A stretch of 64,000 nt of DNA from Candidatus Cloacimonadales bacterium (GCA_963677495.2 CAXXOU010000001.1:192001-256000), one strand, 5' to 3'. Counted from the first letter of the stretch, positions 49,576-60,264 are shown. Translations and numbers: made by a program. The notes: a model not told the origin generated them from the sequence alone.

Positions 49576-50310
49576 TATGGAGTTAATCGACTGTGTCGAT
49601 TTGTCATGTGGTACTTAGTTTATTAGCCGGATTTCTGGTGGTTAAGTTCTTTGCCGTTATCCTGCAATTGCATCTTCGCAGTTGATGCTGTCCAAAATTA
49701 TGGAGTTAGTCGACTGTGTCGATTTGTCATGTGGTACTGAGTTTATTAGCCGGGTTTCTGGTGGTTAAGTTCTTTGCTGTTATCCTGCAATTGCATCTAC
49801 GCAGTTGATGCAGTCCAAAATTATGGAGTTAATCGACTGTGTCGATTTGTCATGTGGTACTTAGTTTATTAGCCGGGTTTCTGGTGGTTAAGTTCTTTGC
49901 TGTTATCCTGCAATTGCATCTACGCAGTTGATGCAGTCCAAAATTATGGAGTTAGTCGACTGTGTCGATTTGTCATGTGGTACTTAGTTTATTAGCCGGG
50001 TTTCTGGTGGTTAAGTTCTTTGCTGTTATTCTGCCATTGCATCTACGCAGTTGATGCTGTCCAAAATTATGGAGTTAGTCGACTGTGTCGATTTGTCATG
50101 TGGTACTTAGTTTATTAGCCGGGTTTCTGGTGGTTAAGTTCTTTGCTGTTATTCTGCCATTGCATCTACGCAGTTGATGCAGTCCAAAATTATGGAGTTA
50201 ATCGACTGTCGATTTGTCATGTGTTACTTAGTTTATTAGCCGGGTTTCTGGTGGTTAAGTTCTTTGCTGTTATCCTGCCATTGCATCTTCGCAGTTGATG
50301 CAGTCCAAAA
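49576..50310. repeat. Tandem array of six near-identical 123-bp non-coding units
   Basis: tatggagtta starts at 49576, 49699, 49822, 49945, 50068, 50191; no unique spacers. Confidence 0.97.
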
Positions 50311-50338
50311 AAAAAAGCCGGAGCAAAACTCCGGCTTT
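50307..50338 (-). terminator. Intrinsic terminator of the lipoprotein gene
   Basis: On minus strand: aaagccggag-ttttg-ctccggc followed by 10 T. Confidence 0.88.
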
Positions 50339-50358
50339 AATATATCTCTTATTATCTA

Positions 50359-52842
50359 CTATTCAGCAGGTACATCATTCATTAATGACTGGTAAATAGT
50401 ATCAATAAGTTGGAATACAGGTTTAGTTGTATCGAACTCAAGTTCAACAATATCTTCATCGTCATTAGTATCTATCTGACTTTCCATATAAGATAATGGG
50501 AAACCAAACATATAGGCTTGACCACCGGCAGTTACATTAGTTTTGAATGCAACTGTCTGCAGATTATACTGTTCATACTCGTCCGGTGTTGGTGGTCTGT
50601 TATCATCATAAACAGACTTACAATTGTACATAGCAATTGAGTTTTCAGTTCCTTCTGCGATTGGGAAATATGTTACAGGACCAATACCGGCAAATCTATC
50701 AACATAAGTACTGAAAGCTATATCTTCATCTACTTCTAAATTAACAGTTGTATCCTGCATATAACTACTGGAAATTTGAGCACCAATGAAGTATGGATTA
50801 GCTGCAGCGTTAGTAGTAACAGAAGCTGTGTAAAGATCTATTGGGGCTTCAAGTGAATTTGTGAACCCAAAAATTCTTTCGAAGAAAGTTTTCTCTTCTG
50901 TGAAACTATTTCTGATAGCTGAATCAATATTTGCTCCACCACTAAAGAGTATGTTACCACCACTCATCATATAAAGAGCAAGACCATCGTTTTCAGCTAC
51001 AAGAGCAGTTGGTGCACCTGGAGAATCAGCATGATAAACAACTAACTTATATTGATTAAGATCAGTTGGAGATATTCTTCTGCCAATATAGTCCATATTG
51101 TTTTCAAGATCTTGAAGATCAAGATTATCAACAGTAGCAACATTCTCAAAAGCTGTATTATAGAAATCATCAGTGAACTGTTCAGGGCTCAAGAAAGCTT
51201 GTTGATCACTTGGATGGTCATCATCAATAATAAGAACACCATCTTTCTGGTCAGTAGGGATAGGTTCCTGAACGATGAATTCAAGAACAGCTGGAGTTTT
51301 GTCTGCCTCACCCTGAAGGTCAACAGCTCTAACTTCAAACTTATGGTAACCATAATCAAGACCTGTAACAACAACGCTTTGAGCGATATCGTTGTCAGCA
51401 GGTACTCTTAACCAAGTTTCACCTGCGTAGTCACCACTTTCATCAGTAACAGTACTTTCAGCAAGTGGAGGATAGTTGTAAGCTGCTCCGTCTAAACGTA
51501 AGTCATAATATTCAACAGAAGAGAAGTAGTTCTCATCAGTTTCTTCGTCTAAAAGGATATTAAGAGCACTATCATAAGGATTATCAGTAACAACTTCCTC
51601 AGAAGTAGATTCGTTTCTATAACCATATTGGCCATGGTAACCCCAGCGTAACCAGAGTTTCAAATCACTAGATCCAAGACAAGCATAGAAACCATCTTTA
51701 TTTTTGAAGAGTGCAGTTGCATAGCGACCTTCCACGATTGGAGGATCTTCTTCAAGCTCTTTATAGCGATAATCAGTGAAATGGTTTTCACCAATAGCAT
51801 ATGTTCTTTCAGGATAAATCATAGTCTGCGCATGATAACCTTCGCGAACAGCAAAACGGATTATCTTATCTTCTGACTGAATACCGGCCATATCAACAGA
51901 ACGGGCTACAACCTCAGTATAAGAAACCTGAAGTGAGTTTTCAAAGTCTGATGAGATTGAAGGTTCAGTATATTTTGTAAGTAAGAACTCAGAAATACCT
52001 TCCATATTACCATGGTCTTTTGTACTATACCATGTGCTATCAGCAGGAAGAGTTTCTATAATTGCTTGTGTAGAAGCATTTCTTTTTAAAACTTTAAACA
52101 TATAGTAGTCAGCTTCAGCTTCAACGAACGGATCGCTATCGTTAATACTGAAATCCAAAACGATACCTGTACCAACACTTGAAAGTTCACGAGCGTTGAA
52201 AGGATCTGGAGCATTAAGAGCACCTTTAGCAAGTTTTAAAAGACAAGTAGGTTTTTCAGACATAGCTTTATATTTTTTGTTAGCAATATCTGAAATAGCT
52301 CCTCTGTTATCCATACAGATAACTTCTAAAGTTGTAATTCTCTCTAATGGGTTTCCATCAGCATCAGCAGATGGTAAGTTAAGAGTAACATACTTCTGGT
52401 CTGACCAGATTGTTTTACTCTCATTTGGTGCATCAGCAAGTGATGTTTCTTGTAAAGCACCTTCTTTAAAATGAACTACCCAACCACCACCATGAAGATC
52501 TTTAACATCATCAGGTACGATTGCATTTTCTGTATCAACTACAGAGTTACCAGGAGTACTGATAGGATCACCGTTCTCATCAAGTATACGATAAGCATAA
52601 GATACAACTGTACCATCCTTATCCACTGCATGCCAATAAACACGCTGCCTTGAATAAACAACTAAACTATCAGGATATTCTGCATTATCAACTGAAACAT
52701 CAGTTCCTTCGTAAGATGTGATTGAGATTTCAGGAATCTCATTTGCAGTTCTTTCACCATCTACACCACATCCATAAAAAAGAAAAGAAACTACTAATGT
52801 CAAAAGCAACATAGTAACCAATTTGTTACCTGCTTTTTTCAT
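50359..52842 (-). CDS. Large acidic lipoprotein of unknown function (Ig/FN3-like repeats); start revised to ATG 52842
   Basis: GGGAGG RBS; MKKAGNKLVTMLLLTLVVSFLFYG|C lipobox; recurring EVxxxDxxG strands (EVICMDNRG, ARSVDMAG, FEVRAVDLQG). Confidence 0.85.
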   Translation of the reverse strand: MKKAGNKLVTMLLLTLVVSFLFYGCGVDGERTANEIPEISITSYEGTDVSVDNAEYPDSLVVYSRQRVYWHAVDKDGTVVSYAYRILDENGDPISTPGNSVVDTENAIVPDDVKDLHGGGWVVHFKEGALQETSLADAPNESKTIWSDQKYVTLNLPSADADGNPLERITTLEVICMDNRGAISDIANKKYKAMSEKPTCLLKLAKGALNAPDPFNARELSSVGTGIVLDFSINDSDPFVEAEADYYMFKVLKRNASTQAIIETLPADSTWYSTKDHGNMEGISEFLLTKYTEPSISSDFENSLQVSYTEVVARSVDMAGIQSEDKIIRFAVREGYHAQTMIYPERTYAIGENHFTDYRYKELEEDPPIVEGRYATALFKNKDGFYACLGSSDLKLWLRWGYHGQYGYRNESTSEEVVTDNPYDSALNILLDEETDENYFSSVEYYDLRLDGAAYNYPPLAESTVTDESGDYAGETWLRVPADNDIAQSVVVTGLDYGYHKFEVRAVDLQGEADKTPAVLEFIVQEPIPTDQKDGVLIIDDDHPSDQQAFLSPEQFTDDFYNTAFENVATVDNLDLQDLENNMDYIGRRISPTDLNQYKLVVYHADSPGAPTALVAENDGLALYMMSGGNILFSGGANIDSAIRNSFTEEKTFFERIFGFTNSLEAPIDLYTASVTTNAAANPYFIGAQISSSYMQDTTVNLEVDEDIAFSTYVDRFAGIGPVTYFPIAEGTENSIAMYNCKSVYDDNRPPTPDEYEQYNLQTVAFKTNVTAGGQAYMFGFPLSYMESQIDTNDDEDIVELEFDTTKPVFQLIDTIYQSLMNDVPAE

Positions 52843-52942
52843 AATTTTCCTCCCATATTTATCATCTTCGCTAATTTTACACTTAGGGATATTACCTTTA
52901 TTAAATCTTTCTTCTATTAAGTCAATAATTTTTTTGATGTCG

Positions 52943-53803
52943 TTAAGCATTATTAAGCCTCGCAGCTACAAGCACATTGTACAAGAGTTTGTATGTAGTA
53001 AGAGAACCAATTCCTCCGGGAACGGGAGTTATGGCTGATGCTTTATCATAGCAACCCTCATAATCTACATCTCCAACATACTTTGCTGAGCCATCTTCTG
53101 CTATAACTTCATTGATGCCTACATCAATAACAATAGCACCATCTTTGACCATCTTCTCTGTGACAAAGTTAGCTCGACCAATTGCAGCTACAAGGATATC
53201 TGCCTGAGAAGTGAAGTCGACTAGATTCTTAGTTCGGCTGTGGCAAATTGTGACTGTTGCATTACCTGTTGTATCTTTTCTTAAGAAGAGATTTGCCAGT
53301 GGCTTTCCAACTATATTACTTCTACCAATAATTACAATATGCTTACCATTAGTTTGAATCTCATTTGCTTCCAACATTTCAAGAACAGCAGCAGGTGTAC
53401 ATGGGATGAAATGAGACTCTTCCATATAAAGCCCACCAAGATTTTGAAGGTGAAAACCATCAACGTCTTTATCAGGAGAGATTGCTTTAACTACTGCATC
53501 CTCTTCAATATGCTTTGGTAATGGTTTTTGTAACATGATTCCATCACACTCAGCTGATTCATTTAGCTTGAGAATCAATCTAATCAATTCATCCTGTGTG
53601 ATTGTGGTTTCAAAACGTAAGATATCAACATTGATACCTACTTTCTTACCGTTCTTAGCAAGGTTCTGCACATAATATGCTGCAGCAGGATCTTCACCGA
53701 TTAGGATAATATTCAGAGTAGGTACTTTTCCTAACTCAGCAATCTGAGTTTTAAGAACTTTATACTTCTCTTTTGTTATAGGTCTTGCTTTCAAATCTTT
53801 CAT
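52943..53803 (-). CDS. folD: Methylenetetrahydrofolate dehydrogenase/cyclohydrolase
   Basis: KDVDGFH, PCTP, GRSNIVGKP, ITPVPGGIG. Confidence 0.97.
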   Translation of the reverse strand: MKDLKARPITKEKYKVLKTQIAELGKVPTLNIILIGEDPAAAYYVQNLAKNGKKVGINVDILRFETTITQDELIRLILKLNESAECDGIMLQKPLPKHIEEDAVVKAISPDKDVDGFHLQNLGGLYMEESHFIPCTPAAVLEMLEANEIQTNGKHIVIIGRSNIVGKPLANLFLRKDTTGNATVTICHSRTKNLVDFTSQADILVAAIGRANFVTEKMVKDGAIVIDVGINEVIAEDGSAKYVGDVDYEGCYDKASAITPVPGGIGSLTTYKLLYNVLVAARLNNA

Positions 53804-53804
53804 A

Positions 53805-55364
53805 TTACTTAGCTACTGCAACCTGTCTTGTTTCTCTAATTACTGTAACTTTGATTTGACCGGGATATTGGACATCCTTTTCAATCTTCTCAGCAATGTC
53901 ATTTGCAATATATGGAGTCTTAGTATCATCAATCTCAGATGGTTCAACAATAATTCTAAGTTCTCTACCTGCCTGGATAGCGTAAGTTTTAGTAACACCA
54001 TCAACAGATCCGGCAATATCTTCAAGTTGTTCAAGACGTTTCATATAGCTTTCAAGCATCTCTCTTCTAGCACCCGGACGGGCTCCTGAGATAGCATCAC
54101 AAGCTTGTACGAGTGGAGCGTAAACAGAAGTAGGCTCAACATCTTCATGATGAGCTTCAACAGCATTGATGATAATTTTGCTTTCACCGTTCTTACGAAC
54201 AATGTTAGCACCGATAGCAGCATGTGAACCTTCGAATTCATGGTCAACTGCTTTACCAATATCGTGAAGAAGAGCAGCTCTACGAGCGATTTGCTGGTTA
54301 AGCCCAAGTTCAGCAGCCATAATACCACACATCCAAGCTGCCTCAATAGAGTGTTGGAGTATATTCTGACCATAACTGGTTCTATAATGGAGTCTACCAA
54401 GCAGTTTAATAAGGTTTGGTGAAAGATTATGAATATTGGCTTCAAGTGATGCCTTTTCACCTATCTTCACAAGGTTTTCATCCATCTCTTTACCTGTTTT
54501 TTCGATAACTTCTTCGATTCTACCAGGATGGATTCTACCATCTTGGATAAGTTTTTCTAATGAAAGTCTGGCAATCTCTCTACGTACAGGATCGAAACAT
54601 GAAAGAACAACAGCTTCCGGAGTATCGTCTATGATAAGGTCAACGCCTGAAGCTTTTTCGAATGCACGAATATTTCTACCTTCACGTCCGATAATTCTAC
54701 CCTTCATTTCGTCACCAGGTAATGATACAACTGCAACTGTGCTCTCTGAGACATGGTCAACTGCCATTCTTTGGATAGAGAGAGCTAGAATTTCAGCTGT
54801 CTTCTTCTGAGCATCATTCTTAGCTTGGCTAATCATATCTCTAACTTCACCGGAGATTCTTTTCTTAACTCCACCTACAAGTTCTGTCTTAAGCTGATCA
54901 GAAGCTTCATCTCTAGTCATCCCGGCAATCTCAATAAGTTTCTTCTCTTGATCTTCAATAAGAGTATCAAGTTGTTTATCTCTTTTGTCGATTTTAACTT
55001 CAAGATCTTTTAATTGTGATTCCTGTTTTTGAAGGTTACCCTCTTTCTTATCAAGAGACTCGATTCTCTTCTCAAGCTTAGTTACACGTTCATTATAAGT
55101 GTTTTCTTGAGTTCTGAGCTCTCTTTGTCTCTCTTTGATTTCATCTTCATAGGTTTTCTTGGTTTTGTACCATTCTTCTTTGGCTTCTAAGATTGTTTCT
55201 TTGCGAATTGAGGATTTCTCGTTGGTAGCTTCTTCAATAATTTTATCTGCTTGATCTTTAGCTGTAAAGATAATAGCCTTAGACCTTTGTTTGAGGATAA
55301 GAAACAGAATACCTGCACCGATTAGTCCTATAACTAAACCGATCAGAATATAAACAATATTCAT
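53805..55364 (-). CDS. rny: Ribonuclease Y
   Basis: N-terminal TM, coiled coil, KH (MKGRIIGREGRNIR), HD (LLHDIGK). Confidence 0.97.
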   Translation of the reverse strand: MNIVYILIGLVIGLIGAGILFLILKQRSKAIIFTAKDQADKIIEEATNEKSSIRKETILEAKEEWYKTKKTYEDEIKERQRELRTQENTYNERVTKLEKRIESLDKKEGNLQKQESQLKDLEVKIDKRDKQLDTLIEDQEKKLIEIAGMTRDEASDQLKTELVGGVKKRISGEVRDMISQAKNDAQKKTAEILALSIQRMAVDHVSESTVAVVSLPGDEMKGRIIGREGRNIRAFEKASGVDLIIDDTPEAVVLSCFDPVRREIARLSLEKLIQDGRIHPGRIEEVIEKTGKEMDENLVKIGEKASLEANIHNLSPNLIKLLGRLHYRTSYGQNILQHSIEAAWMCGIMAAELGLNQQIARRAALLHDIGKAVDHEFEGSHAAIGANIVRKNGESKIIINAVEAHHEDVEPTSVYAPLVQACDAISGARPGARREMLESYMKRLEQLEDIAGSVDGVTKTYAIQAGRELRIIVEPSEIDDTKTPYIANDIAEKIEKDVQYPGQIKVTVIRETRQVAVAK

Positions 55365-55387
55365 CGTTTTCCCTTTTTGATATAAAC

Positions 55388-55557
55388 TCTACCCACTGTA
55401 CCGTGTTTGTTTGACTGTTGTGAACCTTTAACAAGGTGGGTAGCTTACAAATTAGCTTTATTTTTCCGGATATACCGGCCTAAATGCCACTAGTAGCTTG
55501 CTTCCCTATTTAACATTAGTTCAAAAGCAACACAAGGTCACGAATACCGCAGGTAGA
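55388..55557 (-). ncRNA. ssrS: 6S RNA
   Basis: ~170 nt between zapA and rny (conserved 6S synteny); ends pair (TCTACCTGC...CGTG / CACG...GTGGGTAGA); internal TGAAC/GTTCA stem flanking an A-rich bubble. Confidence 0.85.
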
Positions 55558-55559
55558 CG

Positions 55560-55829
55560 TTAAATATTATCGTTTAATAAGGAATCGGCAGCATTTAATA
55601 CGGATAATTCGGAGCGAACAGATTCTAACTCACCTCTTAACTTGAGGTATTCCTCAGTAAGAATCATTGAAAATAGTACTAATAACTTGTCTCTATCAAG
55701 CTCGTTAAACTTGTTAGCAAGCTTGTTTAATTCAGAATTTATATATAGTTCTAATTGTCTCGTATTCTCTGGAGAGTCAGTTTTCATCTGGTATCTTCGC
55801 CCGAAGATGTCAACGCTGATTGATTCCAT
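55560..55829 (-). CDS. zapA: Cell division protein ZapA
   Basis: ISVDIFGRRYQM N-terminus, 89 aa, coiled-coil tail, pheT-zapA-6S-rny synteny. Confidence 0.85.
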   Translation of the reverse strand: MESISVDIFGRRYQMKTDSPENTRQLELYINSELNKLANKFNELDRDKLLVLFSMILTEEYLKLRGELESVRSELSVLNAADSLLNDNI

Positions 55830-55838
55830 AATTTATTT

Positions 55839-56204
55839 TTATACTTCGTCTAATAACGGTAAAATATCTTGCAATTTCTCAGAAATACTATTAGCTTTAT
55901 TATTAGCTTCAGTAAGAGTATTTCCAAGGTTTTCTTTCTCAGTTGTCAATGCATTCACTCGTTCTTCGAGTTCAGCTTTCTGAGTTTCAAGCTCAACTAT
56001 TCTTTCATTAGCAATTTCTAGTTCAAGAGTTTTCTCATCTCTAGCATTCTCTGTTGAGCTGAGTTTAGTTTTAAGTTCTTCATGTTCATTTTTAAGAGTT
56101 GCATGTTTCTCTTTTAAAGATTTAAATCCATCTATTAACCTCTGAATCTGCTGGCCTAAAGCACTGTCGTTCTGAGGGGTAGTCTGTTGCTGATTATCAA
56201 ACAT
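55839..56204 (-). CDS. Coiled-coil protein, ZapB-like (start revised to ATG 56204)
   Basis: Almost entirely heptad coiled coil; directly upstream of zapA; GAGG RBS. Confidence 0.7.
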   Translation of the reverse strand: MFDNQQQTTPQNDSALGQQIQRLIDGFKSLKEKHATLKNEHEELKTKLSSTENARDEKTLELEIANERIVELETQKAELEERVNALTTEKENLGNTLTEANNKANSISEKLQDILPLLDEV

Positions 56205-56209
56205 ATATA

Positions 56210-58612
56210 TTACCTCATTTTGATATTGCACTGCTGTTCTAACAGCTTAAGAATTTTTTTGAAAAGGTTCTCAATGAAGTTATCTGTCAATGTTTTTTTC
56301 TCTGAACCGAAGATTATTGAGAACGTTAAACTTCTTGCTCCTTCTTCAATACCTTTTCCTTTATATTCATCAATGAGTTTTACGTCCTTGATTATCGAGG
56401 GATTAACCGATTTTATTGCCTTCGCAATCTTCTCGATTGTTACATCTACTGATGCCTGGAAAGACAAATCACGTCTTATTAATGGGAACTTAGATGGTTC
56501 AACAAACTCCCTCGGGCTGGTTGAAGCAATGCCTAACATCGCTGTCAGGTTAAAATCAAATACAAAAATATCTTGTTTGAAATCAAGAATGTTGATTCCA
56601 AAATTCTCGGCTACCTCCGGATTCAACTTACCAAAGTAACCTATCTCTTTACCCTTAACTTCTACTCTTAATGACATATTAGTTACAAGATATGGATTCT
56701 CACAAACTTGGAATCTTGCTTTAGATACTTTCATCGCATCCAAAAGCTCTTCAGCAATACCTTTTACATCGTAGAAGTCTATTACTTCAGCCTTATCCTG
56801 CCAATACTGTCCTGCCCTCACACCGGTCATCAAACCTGCCAACTGATAGTTCTCAGTATATTCGGCATCAACATTATGATAAACTTTGTTGATTTCAAAC
56901 GTCTTAAGATCTTGTGACCCACGATTCATGTTGTAAGTTGCAACCTTAATCTGGTCAGTAATCAAATTAGTTCTTAAGATAGAAGTATCTGTACCCTGTG
57001 GATTAATAAGTTTAACAGCTTTTCTAAGATAATCATCTTCAGTAAATTTAAGTTTATCATAGTCTTCAGGATTAGCAAAGGAGAGTGTTATAGTATCATA
57101 GAAACCATTGTTAATCAGAACATCCTGCAATTTTCTCTTTGCAGTAAACAGAGGAAAGTTCATTATACGCTGTGGTTTAATACGCTGATCTACATTGTTA
57201 TAACCATGAAGTCTAATAATCTCTTCGATCAGATCTATTTCTCTTGTAAGATCATTTCTATAAGATGGTACTTCAAAATAGAGAGTATCATCTTTATTCT
57301 CTTTGAACTTAAGTCCTAAGTTTTGGAGATATGCAATAATAGTACTATTATCAATATTGATAGTAAGAACTTTCTTCATCCTTTCAGGACGGATTCCAAC
57401 TACATTAGCTTCAAGTTTAGCTGTACTTTCATCAAGACAGCCTTTTACAATAGTCCCTCCTGACATCATAAGAATCAAGTCACAAGCTCTGTCACAAATA
57501 ATGTCACATGTTTCAGGGCTCATACCTCTTTCAAATCTGTATGAAGAATCAGTGAACACTTTATGTTTGTAAGAGCTCTTACGTACAGTTGGATATTCAA
57601 AACAAGCCGCTTCAATAACAACATTAACAGTATTCTCGTTTATACTTTTAGGATCTCCACCGATAATACCTGCAAGAGCAATAGGAGCTTCTCCATCAGC
57701 AATGACAAGGTCATCTGATGTTAACTCATAAGTCTCACCGTTTAGAGCTTCGAGTTTTTCACCATCAACTGCATCTCTAACGATGATCTCTTTATTTGTA
57801 AGAAGATCATAGTCAAAACCATGGATTGGATGTCCCCACTCCATCATCACGAAGTTAGTTATATCAACAATTGTATTAATCGGTCTCAAACCTACACCAA
57901 TAAGATATCTTTGCAACCAATCAGGTGATTCTTGAACTTTAACACCTTTAACAACTCTCGCTTTATAACGTGAGCATTTATCATTTTGCTCAATGCGCAA
58001 TTTTAGGAGGTCAGAGATCTTCTCTTCTCCTTCTTTCAAGTTAGGAGTAACAGTTCTTAATGGTAAATTTAACAGGGCGGAAAGATCACGAGCAACACCA
58101 ACCATACCTAATAAGTCCGGTCGGTTAGGAGTGATTTCAACTTCATAGATTGTATCATCAAGCTCATAGTAAGAAGCAAGGTCAGTACCGAGTGGAGCAT
58201 CTTCAGGTAACTCAATAATTCCATCATGGTTATCTGAGAGTTCTAACTCTTTTTCAGAACAGATCATACCAAAAGATTGGTGTCCGCGAAGCTTAGCTTT
58301 CTTGATTTTAAACTCACCAAGAACAGTTCCTACCGGTGCAAAAGCTATTTTAAGCCCTGCACGAACATTAGGAGCACCACATACAACCTGAACTGTCTCA
58401 GTACCATCATTAACCTGACAGATACTAAGATGATCAGAATCAGGCATAGGGTCGCAACTAACAACTTCAGCTATTTTGATCTGTTTCTGTAAACTACCAC
58501 TTTTTTCTACTGCTTCTACTTCGATTCCGGCAAAGGTCAATCTATCTTCAAGCTCTTCCGGAGTAAGCTTCAAATCTATGTATTGTTTTAGCCAATTATA
58601 ACTAATCCGCAT
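56210..58612 (-). CDS. pheT: Phenylalanine--tRNA ligase beta subunit
   Basis: MRISYNWL, VVCGAPN, ITPNRPD, RFERG, EIDLIEEI, RRDLSF. Confidence 0.98.
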   Translation of the reverse strand: MRISYNWLKQYIDLKLTPEELEDRLTFAGIEVEAVEKSGSLQKQIKIAEVVSCDPMPDSDHLSICQVNDGTETVQVVCGAPNVRAGLKIAFAPVGTVLGEFKIKKAKLRGHQSFGMICSEKELELSDNHDGIIELPEDAPLGTDLASYYELDDTIYEVEITPNRPDLLGMVGVARDLSALLNLPLRTVTPNLKEGEEKISDLLKLRIEQNDKCSRYKARVVKGVKVQESPDWLQRYLIGVGLRPINTIVDITNFVMMEWGHPIHGFDYDLLTNKEIIVRDAVDGEKLEALNGETYELTSDDLVIADGEAPIALAGIIGGDPKSINENTVNVVIEAACFEYPTVRKSSYKHKVFTDSSYRFERGMSPETCDIICDRACDLILMMSGGTIVKGCLDESTAKLEANVVGIRPERMKKVLTINIDNSTIIAYLQNLGLKFKENKDDTLYFEVPSYRNDLTREIDLIEEIIRLHGYNNVDQRIKPQRIMNFPLFTAKRKLQDVLINNGFYDTITLSFANPEDYDKLKFTEDDYLRKAVKLINPQGTDTSILRTNLITDQIKVATYNMNRGSQDLKTFEINKVYHNVDAEYTENYQLAGLMTGVRAGQYWQDKAEVIDFYDVKGIAEELLDAMKVSKARFQVCENPYLVTNMSLRVEVKGKEIGYFGKLNPEVAENFGINILDFKQDIFVFDFNLTAMLGIASTSPREFVEPSKFPLIRRDLSFQASVDVTIEKIAKAIKSVNPSIIKDVKLIDEYKGKGIEEGARSLTFSIIFGSEKKTLTDNFIENLFKKILKLLEQQCNIKMR

Positions 58613-58629
58613 TGTAATTCCTGTTTATA

Positions 58630-59661
58630 TTAGTTTTCGTCTCTGAACTGTTTTAAGACTCTTAAGTCATTTTCGTAAAGAACTCTAATATCTCGGATTT
58701 TGTACTTCAACATAGCAATACGATCGATACCAAGACCGAAAGCAAAGCCTGTATACTTTTCAGAGTCTATTCCGGTTTTCTCGAAAACATTTGGGTCCAC
58801 CATTCCGGCTCCACCCATCTCGATCCATCCGCTGTCTTTACAAATCCTACATCCGCTACCACCGCAACCGATACAGCTGATATCAATCTCAGCACTTGGT
58901 TCAGTGAACGGGAAGAAATGTGGTCTGATACGTGATTTAGTACCGGGACCAAACATCTTAACAACAAACTGATTTAGTGTATCTTTTAGATCAGCAAAGG
59001 TAACATTCTCATCCACATAGAGTGCTTCAACCTGATGGAATACAGGTGAATGAGTAGCATCAATCTTATCATTTCTATAGGCTCTGCCCGGAGCAATGAT
59101 TCTGATTGGTGGCTCAAACTTCTCCATAGTTCTAATCTGAACAGGAGATGTATGAGTTCTCAGCAGAAGATTGTTTTCAACATAGAATGTATCCGCAAGG
59201 TTCCTTGAAGGGTGGTCTTGAGGAGTATTCAAAGCATCAAAGTTATGAAACTCATCTTCTATGTCAGCACCTTCCGCAATCTCGAAACCGAGACTTAAGA
59301 AAGCATCTTCAATCTCACGCCATACTAGAGTGAGAGGATGGAGAGACCCTTTATTAAAGCGACGACCGGGCATTGTTAAATCGATTGAAACATCCTTATT
59401 TTGACGAGTAATCTCAGCACTCTTCAAAGCAGCTTGTTTCTCAGTAATCAATTTATCAAGAGCCTTTTTTGCATCGTTAATAGCTTTACCAAATGCAGGT
59501 CTCTCTTCGGGACTAAGTTCTCTCAGCTTGGTCATAAGCTGACTTAGCTCACTCTTTTTCCCTAAAAAAGTGGATTTAAGATTTAACAGTTCAGGCACTT
59601 TCTGTGCCTTAGAAACCTTCTCCTCTGCTAATTCAATAATCCTTTTTAACTTTTCCTTCAC
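58630..59661 (-). CDS. pheS: Phenylalanine--tRNA ligase alpha subunit
   Basis: LRTHTSPVQIR, DATHSPVFHQVE, FPFTEPS, GFAFGLGIDR. Confidence 0.98.
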   Translation of the reverse strand: MKEKLKRIIELAEEKVSKAQKVPELLNLKSTFLGKKSELSQLMTKLRELSPEERPAFGKAINDAKKALDKLITEKQAALKSAEITRQNKDVSIDLTMPGRRFNKGSLHPLTLVWREIEDAFLSLGFEIAEGADIEDEFHNFDALNTPQDHPSRNLADTFYVENNLLLRTHTSPVQIRTMEKFEPPIRIIAPGRAYRNDKIDATHSPVFHQVEALYVDENVTFADLKDTLNQFVVKMFGPGTKSRIRPHFFPFTEPSAEIDISCIGCGGSGCRICKDSGWIEMGGAGMVDPNVFEKTGIDSEKYTGFAFGLGIDRIAMLKYKIRDIRVLYENDLRVLKQFRDEN

Positions 59662-59666
59662 TGTAT

Positions 59667-60017
59667 TTATTCACCTTTTGCAAGCTGACAAACACGTGCG
59701 AAAGCTTCAGCATCATGCCAAGCTAAGTGTGCAAGAACCTTACGGTTGATGCGGATCTCAGCTTTGTGTAATCCATTGATTAACTGGCTATATGATAAAC
59801 CGTTGATTCTGCTGGCTGCATTGATACGTGTAATCCAAAGACGACGGAAGTTACGTTTTCTTTGTTTTCTATCTCTATATGCGTATGTCCAACCTTTTTC
59901 TACGGTTTGACGGGCTGTTTTATATCTTTTACTACGGGCTCCAAAATAACCCTTGGCAGCTTTTAAATATCCTTTCTTTCTTCTCTTAGCGGCTACATTA
60001 TTCGCTGAACGTGGCAT
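59667..60017 (-). CDS. rplT: 50S ribosomal protein L20
   Basis: AKGYFGARS...AYRDRKQRKRNFRRLWITRINAA. Confidence 0.98.
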   Translation of the reverse strand: MPRSANNVAAKRRKKGYLKAAKGYFGARSKRYKTARQTVEKGWTYAYRDRKQRKRNFRRLWITRINAASRINGLSYSQLINGLHKAEIRINRKVLAHLAWHDAEAFARVCQLAKGE

Positions 60018-60049
60018 TGCTTTCTCCTTTAATTATAAATTTTCTTTTC

Positions 60050-60244
60050 TTAGCAACCAAGCATCTTTTTGACTCTTGGTACGTCTGCCTTAACAACTAT
60101 CGCAGAGTCTCTGAGGTTTCTTTTGAGCTTTCTGCTTTTCTTGGTTTTAATATGAGCTGCTTTAGCGTGGTGACGTTTTACCTTACCGCTTCCGGTTACT
60201 TTGAATCTTTTAGCTGCCGCTCTATGTGTTTTGATCTTTGGCAT
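60050..60244 (-). CDS. rpmI: 50S ribosomal protein L35
   Basis: [21 protein letters not shown]. Confidence 0.98.
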   Translation of the reverse strand: MPKIKTHRAAAKRFKVTGSGKVKRHHAKAAHIKTKKSRKLKRNLRDSAIVVKADVPRVKKMLGC

Positions 60245-60264
60245 TATTCCTCCTCAATCTTCGT

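Noticed and set aside
49576..50310. CRISPR array
   Set aside because: Units are near-identical along their full length, with no unique spacers and no cas genes in the window.
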